Origin: Octopus bimaculoides
Lineage: Eukaryota
Direction of reading: 5' to 3'
Assembly (NCBI RefSeq): GCF_001194135.2
Contig: NC_068989.1
Location: 22,371,322-22,435,321 of the forward strand
DNA length: 64,000 bases
Each line of letters begins with the position of its first letter. Position 1 is the stretch's first letter. Of the stretch, positions 35,340 to 48,229 are shown piece after piece. The notes under the pieces were generated by a model that saw only the letters and a list, made by a program, of their open reading frames with translations, was not told the DNA's origin and made no database searches. The position numbers were made by a program, and so were the translations under genes.

Positions 35340-38300
35340 TTTCAGAGTTGGCACAGTCAATATAGGCACACGGAAAAGTAGGTCTAGTGAGATTGTAGAG
35401 ATGCTTGAAAAGAGACGTGTCAATGTATGCTGCATACAAGAGGTAAGATGAAGAGGAGCTTCAGCTAGGGTCCTCACAGGCAAGGCACATAAGTACAAAA
35501 TCTTCTGGCAAGGTAACATGGATGGAGTGGGGGGGATGTAGGCATACTCCTTGTGGAGAAATGGGTAGATAAAGTCATAGAGGTTGTCAGGGTGTGTGAT
35601 AGAGTGCTTAAGCTCAGGCTAGTCCTGCAGAACAGCATAGCTACACTTATCTCTGCCTAAGCCCCACAAGCGGGCCTACCAGATGATCAGAAGGACCATT
35701 TTTATGATACCCTTCTACAAGCTACCTCAAAGACAAGTGGCAATGACCTCATCTTTGTGGTTGGAGATTTTAATGGGCATGTTGGATGGCAATCTAGTAT
35801 CTTCACTGGTGTACACGGGGATCATGGTATTGGTTCCCGAAATGATGAGGGAACTAGGCTACTGGAGTTCTGTGATGCCTGTAACCTTTTAATCTGCAAC
35901 ACTAATTTCAGGAAATCAGACAGCCACCTGATAACCTATCAATCAGGTGACTCTGCTAGTCAGATTGATTTCATCCTTACTAGATAGCAGGACACGGGGT
36001 TACTCTTAAATACAAAGACCCTCCTGGGTGAAGAATGTACCCCCCAGCATAAGCTAGTCATTAGTGACTTTAGGCTTGAGGCCAGAAGGATGCCAAGAAG
36101 CAGACCAATCCAGAAGAGAAGGATTTGGAAGCTAAAGAACCCTTCACATGGTCAGAGATTTAGGGACATCCTCATCAAGAAATTTGATGAGAGGGAGGAG
36201 GAACTATAGACATCGGACATAGAAGGTAGCTGGAGATTCCTACAGGACAGCTTGCTGAGTGCCACAGACCATGTCTGCGGATGGTGCAAAGTCCCTTCCA
36301 GACCGAGAATTACATGGTGGTGGAATAGTACAGTAGACAAAGCCATTAGAGCAAAGAAACAGGCCTGGAAAGCCTGGAAGGGTGGGGGTAGCAAGGAACT
36401 GTACCAGGTAGCCAAAAGGGAGGCTGGACAGCAGGTGTACATAGCCAAGGGCGAAGCAGAAAAGAAATTTGCCAATGTTCAGCCACATGAGGACCAAAGA
36501 ACTGAAGTATTTCGAATTGCAAGACAGTGTCTGAGAGAAAATTGTGATGTCACAGGAGAGAAATGTTTCCACATGGATGATGGTGCACTTGCTTTTAATG
36601 ATTCTGAAAAGAAAGAAGTTTGAAGAAGCCATTGTGAAAGACTGCTGAACATGGAGAATGAATTGGAGGAGGAGAGCCTGCCAGATGTTGACCCAGTAGA
36701 GAGAACAGCTATCCGAATAGACATCTCCCTGGTAGATAAAGCAATTAAGGATATGAAGCCAGGAAAAGCCCCTGGCCCATCAGGAATCACTGCTGAGATG
36801 CTTAAAATATCTGGTGGTGTGGGCTATGGCCTAGTCACCCAGGTAGTCACCAGGTAAGCCAGGTAGTTCATGATAGAGTCATAACCAATGACTGGCATAG
36901 CAGCATCAGAGTCAACTGCTACAAGGGTAAAGGTGATACTCTAGATAGAAATAACTACAGTGGTATCAAACTGCTGGATCAGGTGATGAAAGTTACAGAG
37001 AGTGTCATAGCCCAACTAATTAAGGAGAGAATTTGCTTAGATGAGATGCAGTTCGATTTTGTGCCAGGTAGCAACACCACTGATGCCATATTCCTGGTTC
37101 AACAACTGCAGGAGAAATACATAGCTAAAGATAAACCCCTATACTTAGCTTTTGTGGACTTGGAGAAAGCCTTTGACAGGGTCCCTCAATTCCTTATCTG
37201 GTGGGCAATGCAGAAACTGATAGGCCCTATACAGAGAGGCCGTTAGTAAGGTTAGGATCGGCAATGAGTATAGTGAAGAATTCCGGGTAGAAGTAGGGGT
37301 CCACCAAGGATCAGCCCTCAGTCCCCTTTTATTCATCATAGTCCTCCAGGCAATTAGAGAGGAATTCAAGACGGGTTGCCTCTGAGAGCTCCTCTATGCT
37401 GATGACCTGGCCCTCATAGCAGAATCACTACCAGAACTAGAGAAGAAATTTCAGTTGTGGAAGCAAGGTTTAGAATCAAAAGGCCTTAGAGTCAATGTAG
37501 CAAAGACCACTAGAATAAGAATGGCCTGGGCAATATTTAGAAAGCTTCTACCCCTGCTGGTGACAAAGGGCCTCTCACTCAGAGTGAAAGGTAGATTGTA
37601 TAATGCATGTGTGCGAACTGCCATGCTTCAGGGCAGTGAAACACGGGCTGTGACTGCGGAGGATATGCGTAGGCTCGAAAGAAATGAAGCTAGCATGATC
37701 TACTGGATGTGTAATGTCAGTGTGCACACACGACAGAGTGTAAGTGCCCTGAGAGAAATGTTAGACATAAGCATTGGATGTGGCGTGCAAGAGAGACGTT
37801 TGTGCTGGTATGGTCATGTACTACAGATGGATGAGGAGAGCTGTGTGAAGAAGTGCCACTCCCAAACAGTTGGAGGAATCTGGGGTAGAGTTAGACTCAG
37901 GAAGACATGGGATGAGATGGTCAAGCATGACCTTCAAGCATGACCACATAACCAACCCCAGCCCATTCAAATGTACCTTGGATCATAAGACAACCTGCTG
38001 TGCTTGAGGAGACCTACATCAACATCAAAATGAAAATCAAATCGAAATTGTAGTTGTGATACCTGTGCCGGTGGCACCTAAAATGCACCATCTGAACGTG
38101 GCCGATGCCAGCACTGCCTTGACTGGCTTCTGTGCCAGTGGCTTGTAAAAAGCACCAACCAACCGTGGCCGTTGCCAGCCCCCTCTGGCCCATGCCAGTG
38201 GCACGTAAAAAGCACCCACTACACTTAGAGTGGTTGGCGTTAGGAAGGGCATCCAGCTGTAGAGACCATGCCAGATCAGACTGGAGCCTGGTGCAGCCTC

Positions 38301-38381
38301 CTGGCTTCCTAGACCCGAGTCAAACCGTCCAACCCATGCAAGCATGGAAAACGGACGTTAAACGATAATGATGATGATGAT
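35340..38381 (+). mobile_element. Near-full-length but disabled RTE-clade LINE (APE endonuclease + RT + 3' UTR with (GAT)n tail)
   Basis: RVGTVNIG..CCIQE, VGDFNGHVG, QIDFIL, KAPGPSGI, FVDLEKAFDRV, GVHQGSALSP, YADDLAL and WYGHV motifs. Stops (e.g. TAA in AYAP near 35658), frameshifts and two internal deletions. The 5' UTR probably extends to ~35100. Confidence 0.95.
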
Positions 38382-39111
38382 ATTTGTGTGTATGTGCTTG
38401 TATGCAAGTGTGCACATGTGTGAGTGCACCCATTGTGTGTCTTGACATCACATGATAGTTGTAAATGAACGTCCATGTTGTTTTTTTCTCAGTGCCAATA
38501 AGGGCAAGTATGTTGTGAACACTTCATACACACTTCTCAGCAAGTTCACAAATTGCTCACAGGCATAAGAACCAGAGGGATAATCTATATTACATTAATT
38601 GTACTTGAAAAAAAAAAAAAAAGCAAATAAAAGGATATAACTAAATTTAGTCCAGCACTGTACCAGTTCTGCTGTTTACTGCTCTATCAAAGACAGAAAG
38701 CTAGAGACAGCCGCAAATACTTTCAAGTTAGATGGTATTCGTGCAAAGGCTTTTTTATATAGTACTGGAAAAAGTAGCTTCCACTTGATTAAATTTTTAA
38801 AATGCCATTATAATTTTAAAATATCATTACACTGAAGGAATTAAAAAATTTCTTTTCATAGTTTACGCAGAAGTCATTGCAAATGAGAAGTGTTGAAGTA
38901 TTTCATCATTTGTGGGATTAACAAGGTCTCAGAAAGTGAACAGCTCAAGTTGAAAGACATCAAAATAACAGGAAGGTTTATTTTGAAAACATACAGTACA
39001 GTGTCTAGGGAAAGTCATTATACTAATACTATTAACACATGCACTGGTGTTCAGTTCCACTTCTTTATTATTAATCAACTGGTTAAACATCAAACTAACT
39101 AATCGATTTAG

Positions 39112-39680
39112 TTCGTTTTTGTATTAGGTTTGCAAGATTCTGAAGGTGAATTTGTGTGTTGAAGCATTTTTTGTTGTGTCTGGGGAGAGTCATTCTGTTT
39201 TGATGCCTTATTAATTAACACACTTGTCAGTTCAATTTCCACTAATTTACTTATTTATATTTTCTAAAATTTTTCATTGCTTCTTGCAACCTCTTCAATA
39301 GTTGTTGACAGTCACTTGTTTACTTATTTATTTTTAGAAAAAAAATTGAGTGGAAATCGAACCGGTGAGTGTGTTAATTAATAAGGTATTGAAACAGAAC
39401 GACTCTCCCCAGACACAACATAACTAATCAACTGTTTGTTTAATTCGCTTAAACAGTAAGTCATTTTTTTTGTTTGTCAAAGCTCTTTCATTGCTACTTG
39501 CAACCTTTTCAATTACTTAATTAGTTGGATATTTAACCAATTGACTAATAATAAAGGAGTGGAATTGAACCAGTGCGTGTGTTAATAATATTGGTATAAT
39601 GACCCTCCCTAGACACAACAAAATTTGTTTCAACACACGAATTCACATAAAGAATCTTACAAACCAGATACAAAAATGAA
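39112..39680. mobile_element. Fold-back (MITE-like) element with one left arm and two right arms
   Basis: 39112-39243 is complementary to both 39349-39420 and 39558-39680; internal TTCATTGC.(T/A)CTTGCAACC is duplicated. Confidence 0.8.
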
Positions 39681-41581
39681 ATGCAGTACAATGGTTATAG
39701 CCACAAGCATCATCAAAGAAGCATAGGTACTCTTTACAATCTGAGTTCAAATTCTGCTGAGGTCAACTTTGCCTTTCACCTTTTTGGGGTCAATGAATTA
39801 AGTATCTGTTGAGCACTGGGGTTGATGTAATCGACTGTCACCCTCCCCACAAAGTTTCAGGCTTTCTGCCTATATTCTCTTTCACCAATAATTCGAGGTT
39901 TAATGTGTTAGCTATAAATGGATTTATCTGAAAGAAACAGACAGAGGGTAGAGGGAAGAAAAGCTCTACATCATTGCTTGACCTGCTAGAAATAACAACC
40001 AAATGTCCCTCATATGATACTCTTTGAAAAAACAAAAGGAACATTATAATGAAGTCCAAAATACACTATATCTCAAAAAACAGATGAGATGGTCATGGGA
40101 AGAATACGCTTGATCATAGATCAGCTAGATCAAGGATGAACTAGTTAGTGAGAGAAAGAGGGGAAGAGAGATAGAGAAAGGAAGAAACAGCACTATCACA
40201 ACAACATCAACAACAACAAATTCTGTATTTAATTCCTTATAATCCATTCTCAAAGTATCTTTTAATTAATCACGCTCAATCTTTTCCCTCTAAGTACCTC
40301 ATTTCTTTCCTCCTCTCTCTTTTCCTTCTCCATGGCTTTTACTTTCTAAACTTCCATTTTTTATTAATTCTACCTGACATTTTCTCCCCATCTCAGACTT
40401 CCCTTTCTATCAAGTGTCCATTTGTTACTCCCACAACCCAACTGACTCTCTCTCTCTCTCTCCCTCTCTGCTATCCTCCTCCTTTAACTTTCAACTAATC
40501 AATTTCTTGCCTGTCTTTTTGGCTTATGTCTCACCATTTCAATTCCCCTCTCTTTATTTTCACTAAAGAACTTTCCTCTTCTAGTTCCTCCTCTCTTGTT
40601 CTCTTACCATGTTCTACTCCATAATTTTGTGCTTCAGGCTAGAGGTATTTCAGCAAACCACATATTTCTATATTTCTGTTTAAATAATTCTTTAAACAGC
40701 TAACAAGCTAATCTTTTCCTAATCTCAAGGACATAGAGGGACCAGTGCTTACCTTCAGAGATTGCTGGCATTATTGTTTAGCACCAAGTCAGTCCAGATT
40801 GAGCCAATCTATAATCAAAAGTATACCAACTATGGCTATCCTATTTTTATTCAGTGCTTCTAAGACTAAATTACCTTGTATGTACTTCCCATTTTCAGAT
40901 ATTAGAATGATATTTGAGGGAGATTTGGTTACTGTTACTAGCAAGTTGAGTGATCATGACTGTACTGCAAAGTTGCAGAGAGATAAATCTTTCCATAACT
41001 TGAATACAACCATTTGGTCTATCATAGTTACATTTTCTTTTCTTTCCTCAAGAGAAGTATTAAACTTATCTTCATAGTCTATGATCTCCTTTACTGCACA
41101 ACATTGCTATTAGTCACCATGCTGAATTATATTATCAGTAGTACCTATTTATATCACAATTGACTCAGCTACTAAGAGCTAATGGTCTTGATCATCAACA
41201 TTATGTTGTGGTCAGAGTCAGTATTTGATCCTCTACTCCCTATATAGACAGAATCTTAAGATTTACTGCAGGTAGAGGAACTGTGTGATGTTCATCAAAT
41301 ACCTTTTGTAAAGTATTCTCATTAGCAATAATTTGGTTTCAAATTTTGGTACATGGTCAAGAATTTTAGGGAAGGGGTTAAGTAGATTAAATTGACCCCA
41401 GTGTTCAACCAGTACTTATTGATCCTAAAAGGATGAAAGACAAAGTCAACATTGGTGGCACTTGAACTCTTTGAAGATACAACCAGAGGAGATGCCAGTA
41501 AGCATTTTGTCCAGGGTGCTAACAATACTGCCTGTTTGTCACCTTCATTAACAGTAATACAATAATATTGAAGTATCAGAA

Positions 41582-41800
41582 GGTACCAAGGGGAATATAA
41601 AGGAAATAGGAATAGAGTGCCCGGTAGAACTGTTACAAAAGGTTTGCCACCTTGGTACGGCCAGAATAATCAGGAAAGTATTAGACAGCCGAAAAGACTG
41701 GATAGCATGGTACCGTAGGCTGCAAGTAGCAAGCCCGCTATGCATGCAAGACTCCAACAAAATCTGTGATAAAGAGAAATATTAACGATAATAATAATAA
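41582..41800 (+). mobile_element. 3' fragment of an R4/Dong-like (RLE) non-LTR retrotransposon with (TAA)n tail
   Basis: IKEIGIECPVELLQKVCHLGTARIIRKVLDS matches the LQK..LLGTA.I.RKVL C-terminus of R4/Dong-type ORFs; followed by GATAATAATAATAA. Confidence 0.7.
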
Positions 41801-43828
41801 CTGTTTCTATTATAGGCACAAGGCTTGAAATTATGTGAGGAGAGGTTAGTCAATTACATTGATCGCAGTGCTCAACTGGTACTTATTTTGTTGACTCCAA
41901 AAAGATGAAGGACCAAGTTGACCTCAACAGTAAAGGAAATGAACAATTAATGAAAATCTCCAAATTATATTTTTTCAAAAAAGTTAATTTAAAAAGCAAA
42001 AAAAAAAAGTTTCAATCTAAAACTTTTCTTTTTCCTTCTATTAGCTGTTCAAGTTGTTAGAAATAATTAATTCAAGTGAATATTTGACTAAACTAAACTA
42101 CAATAGTTGTTACAAATACATCAAAAGACAACCTAGACCAGCATCAAAACAACAACAATAGCAAAAACAAAAGTGTTAGCCACTATATTCCAAAAGTGAT
42201 CAGTTCAAATCTTACTGACAGATACAATACTATGTCTTAAACAGTAATAGAAACAACTGGACAGAATGAGTACTAACTACAGGTCTATGAAAAAAACTTG
42301 ATATACTGTATGTTGACAACCAGAGTGTTGAGTGCCTATATGGTGTGGATTATGTATCAATAAATATTATAACCTTGCATCTAATTGCATTTAGTCTTAC
42401 TGAGAAAAATTTAAGGCCCATAAGGGTAAGTTTTGTAGTCTGATGTGCAAATTGAAGTGACAAATTTCATTGTTATTTAACACCTTAGTCAGGATTTGTT
42501 CACCTCTCTCTCTCTCTCCCAAGATACTGAGATAAAGTAGTACAAGACTTATTAAAATGAAACCTCATCTATTGACAACTACCCTCCCATTTCCACTCTC
42601 AAATGATTATAAACACTGAGTGCAACTCGCAGCTAATGAGTGTAAGAGTGTAAGTGATGCTTTATCCAGATGCTGAGTTGATGTGATGATTTACTTAAGG
42701 AAGGCAACTTTTATTACTTGATGATAATGATGGTGGTGGTGGTGGTGGTGGTGGTGGTGCTGATGATCATCATGGTAGGAGGGTTGAGATGAAGATGATG
42801 GTGGTAGTGGTGGTGTTGTTGTTGGTGGTGGTGGTGTTAGTGTTTGGTGGTGATGGTAATGTTGATGATGATGCTGCTGCTGCTCCTGATGATGATATTT
42901 CATTGTTGTTGAGCTCCTTCAAGTTCTCACCACAGCTGCCACCCCCATCACTTGACTGACTAGAAACTGTCTGTAACAATTCATCTGCCTAAAGGTCTAG
43001 TAATAAATAACTCTGAAATAACATACTTAACTACCAATGCAAGATTAGTGAATTAGGTCAGTGTTACTAAAAAAGCAGAAAACAAATATACCATAGAGAT
43101 TCTATGTTGGAGAAATCTGGTCTTACTTAAGACCCTGGCATGAAGATTATTTTTAATATTGCTTAAGCACATTACAGACACACATTACAGCTTTATGTCT
43201 CTTTCGCTCTCTTTCTATATATATATATCTATATATCTATTTATCTATCTATCTATCTATCTATATATATATATATATATCTATATATCTATCTATCTAT
43301 CTATATATATATATATATATCTATATATCTATCTATCTATCTATATATATATATATATATCTATATATCTATATATCTATATATANNNNNNNNNNNNNNN
43401 NNNNNNNNNNNNNNNNNNNNNNNNNNNNNNNNNNNNNNNNNNNNNNNNNNNNNNNNNNNNNNNNNNNNNNNNNNNNNNNNNNNNNNNNNNNNNNNNNNNN
43501 NNNNNNNNNNNNNNNNNNNNNNNNNNNNNNNNNNNNNNNNNNNNNNNNNNNNNNNNNNNNNNNNNNNNNNNNNNNNNNNNNNNNNNNNNNNNNNNNNNNN
43601 NNNNNNNNNNNNNNNNNNNNNNNNNNNNNNNNNNNNNNNNNNNNNNNNNNNNNNNNNNNNNNNNNNNNNNNNNNNNNNNNNNNNNNNNNNNNNNNNNNNN
43701 NNNNNNNNNNNNNNNNNNNNNNNNNNNNNNNNNNNNNNNNNNNNNNNNNNNNNNNNNNNNNNNNNNNNNNNNNNNNNNNNNNNNNNNNNNNNNNNNNNNN
43801 NNNNNNNNNNNNNNNNNNNNNNNNNNNN

Positions 43829-44176
43829 CACATGAGATGCACCATTTTGAGCGTGGCCGTTGCCAGTACCGCCTGATTGGCTCCCGTAGGATTTTCGAGT
43901 GAGATCGTTGCCAGTGCCCCTGGACTGGCTTGTGCGGGTGGCACATAAAAGACACCATTTCGAGCGTGGTCGTTTTCGTGCGGGTGACACGTAAAAGCAC
44001 CCACTACACTCTCTGAGTGGTTGGCGTTAGGAAGGGCATCCAGCTGTAGAAACTCTGGCAAATTAGTTTGGAGCCTGGTGTTGCCATCCGGTTTCACCAG
44101 TCCTCAGTCAAATCGTCCAACCCATGCTAGCATGGAAAGCGGACGTTAAACGATGATGATGATGATGATGATGATA
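43829..44176 (+). mobile_element. 5'-truncated RTE 3'-UTR copy (young subfamily)
   Basis: Ends CCAACCCATGCTAGCATGGAAAGCGGACGTTAAACGATGATGAT like 38381. Related copies at 1-55 (+), 13315-13370 (-), 29630-29835 (-), 45695-45845 (-), 53525-53880 (-), 55990-56300 (-), 62110-62285 (-). Confidence 0.88.
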
Positions 44177-46009
44177 TATATATATATATGCACACACACA
44201 TATATAAAGCCATACACACATATACATATGCATTAAATATACACACACATATTATACACATACATGCACATATATATACACATTAAAATTTTATGCATAT
44301 GTATATATGCATACATATATGTGCGAATATGTATGTATATATTGGTATGTACCTTTAGGTATATTTATGTGTGTACACGTATGCACATATATATTTACGT
44401 GTGACACCATCTTCATTTAAATGTCCACTTTTCCAACCTTGCATGGACATGGATCGCAGGGTTAGATGAAATTTGTTGAGGTAAATTTTTCTACAGTCGG
44501 CTGCTCTTCCAGTTGCCAACCTTCACTTGTTTCCAGAGCAAGATTATATTTCCCTTGGTTCTTGAAACGAAAACATTACAATATTTCATGGAAGACTGCA
44601 GGCAAACAACACCATTTTATGTCAGTGACATTTATGTACACTTAGTACAAAATGTCGAAACAAGACAAGACATGAAGCACATTGCCAACTTGGGCAAGTG
44701 TCTTCTACTACAGCCCTAGATTGACCAAAATCTTGTGAGTGGATTTGGTAGACTGAAACTGAAAGAAGCCTATTGTGTATGTGTGTGTGTGATTGCATCC
44801 CTCCTCCATATCATTTGACAACCAGTGATAGTTTGTTTACATCCCTATCACTTAGTAGTTCAGCAAAAGAGAATAAGTACCAGTTCCAGACTTTAGTAAA
44901 TAAGTACTAAGGTTCATTTGTTTGACTAAAACCCTTCAAAGTAGTGCCTCAGCATGGCCACAGTCTGGTGATTAAAGCAAGTAAAGGAAGTTTTATATAT
45001 ATATATATACTAGCTTAAAAGCTGTCCAATAGGGCGGCTTTTAGGCTAGCTCCTGTGGAGGGCTCTTCATTGGGCCTTGAAGTCAATAATAACACTTCAT
45101 GCATCGAGTACATATTAAATCTTATTAAACTTGACCAATATTCTTCAAGCAATGAACAATTTTCATCAAAACAATGATATAATTTGTCGACTTGGAACTT
45201 ATTGCAAAGCTGTATGATAATCAACATTTTTTGTCTTCCCATTCGGGGGTCAGTACAATTTTTTTTTATCTAATCTCTTTCTTTCTCTCTCTCTTTCTGT
45301 TGATTGTTTCCAACCATCACCATCACCAGTACCACCATCGCCACCACAACTGCCATGCACACACCATTCAAACTTCTGACGTCACCACCATCAACACCTT
45401 TGACGTTGCTGCCTTCCCCTCCACCACCATCACCACTGTCTTTCACATCTCTTACTATCACCATCATGCTTGACCACCTCAGCTACCATCACCACCACCA
45501 CCGCCTCTACCACAACTACAGCTCGTACTATTAACATCTTTACTGTTAATCTACTACCACCCTCACCGTCTCTATGCCTACTATTACACTCAGCCCAGCA
45601 AGAGGAGTAGAAGTGTCACTGAATAGCAAGGGAGGAGGTCAATGTGTGACACACTGACACACAGAAATTTGTTTTGGCATTTATTATTATAGATCATCAT
45701 CATCATCATCATCGTTTAACGTCCGCTTTCCATGCTAGCATGGGTTGGACGATTTGACTGAGGACTGGTGAAACCGGATGGCAACACCAGGCTCCAGTCT
45801 GATTTGGCAGAGTTTCTACAGCTGGATGCCCTTCCTAACGCCAATATATCCTTTGTGTTTGCTTACGGGAAATGTTTTAAACATGCATATAAAAGCTCCT
45901 ATTCCATTATGCCAGCTACAGCCTACTGACGCCAACTGGCAATGCCAGTTTTTTTTGGTGGCGGGAGGGTTGTACCGAGCTGTGCCGATATAATGTAGGA
46001 TAAATACAG

Positions 46010-46227
46010 TAATAATAATAATAATCCTTGGATGGAATTTATAAATATTTTAATGCATTGCTACATGCATGAACATGATCTTACCCGATGTTCTTGGATA
46101 CTATGGACTGCACTGTAATCATCCCAGGAATAGAGACTATGATTTTAAGAAACGTGATTTGTGTAAACACACATAGTGAGGCATTAAAATATTTATAAAT
46201 TCCATCCAAGCGTTATTATTATTATTA
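46010..46227. repeat. Inverted repeat, ~47 bp arms (46010-46056 / 46181-46227) with (TAA)n ends
   Basis: (AAT)nCCTTGGATGGAATTTATAAATATTTTAATGC vs GCATTAAAATATTTATAAATTCCATCCAAGCG(TTA)n. Confidence 0.85.
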
Positions 46228-46252
46228 ATATATATATATATATATGATGTGA

Positions 46253-46584
46253 AGGCGCATGGCTCAGTAGTCAGAGCACCGAACTTACGACCGTCAGGTT
46301 GTGAGTTCGAATCCTGGACCGGGCTGCGTGTTGTGTTCTTGAGCAAGACACTTTATTTCACGTTGCTCCAGTTCACTCAGCTGTAGAAATGAGTTGCGAC
46401 GTCACTGGTGCCAAGCTGTATCGGGGTTTGCCTTTCTCTTGGATAAGATCAATGGCGTGGAGAAGGGAGGGTGGTATGTATGGGCGACTGCTGGTCTTCC
46501 ATAAACAACCTTGCCTGGACTTGTACCTCGGAGGGTAACTTTCTAGGTGCAATCCCATGGTCAGTCATGACCGAAGGGGGTCTC
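46253..46584 (+). mobile_element. tRNA-derived SINE, family A, second copy
   Basis: A-box TGGCTCAGTAG, B-box GAGTTCGAATCC; same body and CCCATGGTCA..GAAGGGGGTCT end as 20212-20553. Confidence 0.88.
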
Positions 46585-46899
46585 CAATATATATGATGGA
46601 TTCTCCTGTTGTGAACAACAAATGAGGGTTCAGTAAAATAAAGCATTAATCATGTGCTCTGGACACAAATGTGTTTTGTGGGGCCTGCTGGTGCCTTGCA
46701 AATCTTTTGGCAAATGGAACAAATTGAGGACTCAGTTTGCTTGAGTGCCTGTGGATCATTTACTATGTATCTTCTTGAGTTGACAGCTAGGCCTGCTTTA
46801 CTTTGTATGCATGTATGTATACATACACTTATATTATGGGAGAGAGAGAGGGGTGTGCAGAGCAATAAGATTGGTGAGCTCTAATGCTACTCCTTTGTT

Positions 46900-47345
46900 A
46901 CATTGACTGTATGGTACAGTGAGAAGGAGAGTGGGTGAATGTTAGAAATATGAAGACACAGGCATTTAAGAGTGTCTATTTTAGGTATACTCCCTGTGCT
47001 TCCTTCACTTGAAGTCTATCTTTTCCATTTGCCTGCCTGTGATCCTACCACACCTATCGTGCATCCATAGTTTATCATGGGTACACTATATGAAACTTCT
47101 TTTCTGCACAATGGCTATTTCCCTAACGGTAGTTATACCCTGTCTTCTATCCTACAAATACTTTAGTCTTTGACAAGCTTACTTTGAGAAGTGTTGATTC
47201 AGAGTATTCGCTTTCATGTCCAGAATTCCTTTGTTAGGTCTTTGATTGATTCAACTATAAGAACTAAGTCATCAGCATATAAGAGTTCTTAATGAACAAT
47301 CAAACTTAAACTCATCTGTTATGGCTTGGAGGATTATATTGAACT
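46900..47345 (-). mobile_element. Old RTE relic (YADD region and a decayed Cys-rich segment)
   Basis: FNIILQAITDEFK..LLYADDLVLIVESIKDL..VSLSKTKVF on minus. Confidence 0.65.
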
Positions 47346-48229
47346 GATTAAGTACCACACTAATTACAAAATAGATGACCAATTTCATTACCAACTAATT
47401 GCAAGTGTAATTACCCAACAAAATACTGGACTAACAACCATACCAGGTAGATTACCAGAAAAATTATCAGGTAGATTACTGACCTAATTACTTGATAGGT
47501 TACCAGATAAATTACTAAACAAATTACCAAAGTAATTACTAAACTAATTGCCACACAAAATACTAGATTAGGTGCATGCAATGTTCAGATACATCGCTTT
47601 ATGATCTGACTTCAAATCTCACCTGAAATAATTTTGCTTTTCATCCTTCCAGAATCACTACAGTAATTACCAGTCCTGTACTAATGTAGCTTTGTGCTAA
47701 TGACAGAAACTATTATTGATATCTTAATTAGATGTGATGTGGAGAAGAAGTTACTGCTAACAGGAGAAACAGAAAACTGTGTCAAGCATTTATTAAGATG
47801 ATACTATAAGATGATACCATAATTGAAATCATTCCAAATGGGAACTGAAACCAGACCATGGATTCTAATAATTAAAAATATACAGCTGTGTTAGCTTTAA
47901 AGTTGTATGCACTAACCAACAACAATGAAAACAATGTAAACAATAACATTAAATAATAATGAGAATTCAATCTGAATACTAAACAAATCAGTTTTTACTG
48001 TAAACCTAAACTGGCTGCATTACTCCTCGTTACTGGAAACCTTCTTCCACAGCATGAGAAATGTTTCTATATTGTGAGAGGCAAGATTCTCTGTTAATCC
48101 ATTATGCACGCCATAAGCTTAAGAGTTTCTTCGTAACTATGACAATAAACTTACTACTGCATCAATCACACAACATGTGTGTCTGTGATCAACCAAAACA
48201 ACAGTGTTGATTCGTTGCAGTTGCCAATA

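Noticed and set aside
35340-37943. RT/endonuclease ORF fragments as a host gene or an active LINE
   Set aside because: Multiple stops, frameshifts and deletions; a disabled retrotransposon copy.
35029-38401. Possible 13-bp TSD TGTATGTGCTTGT around the RTE
   Set aside because: The right copy is not adjacent to the tail and the sequence is TG low-complexity.
43159-44097. Long ORFs of 200-250 aa (also 49228, 51760, 55345, 59338 and 14246 sets)
   Set aside because: Their length comes from N runs translated as X.
46253-46325. tRNA-like sequences (also 6600-6673, 11360-11431, 20212-20285, 5640-5710)
   Set aside because: They have A and B boxes but no proper acceptor stem and run into shared SINE bodies, so they are SINE heads rather than tRNA genes.
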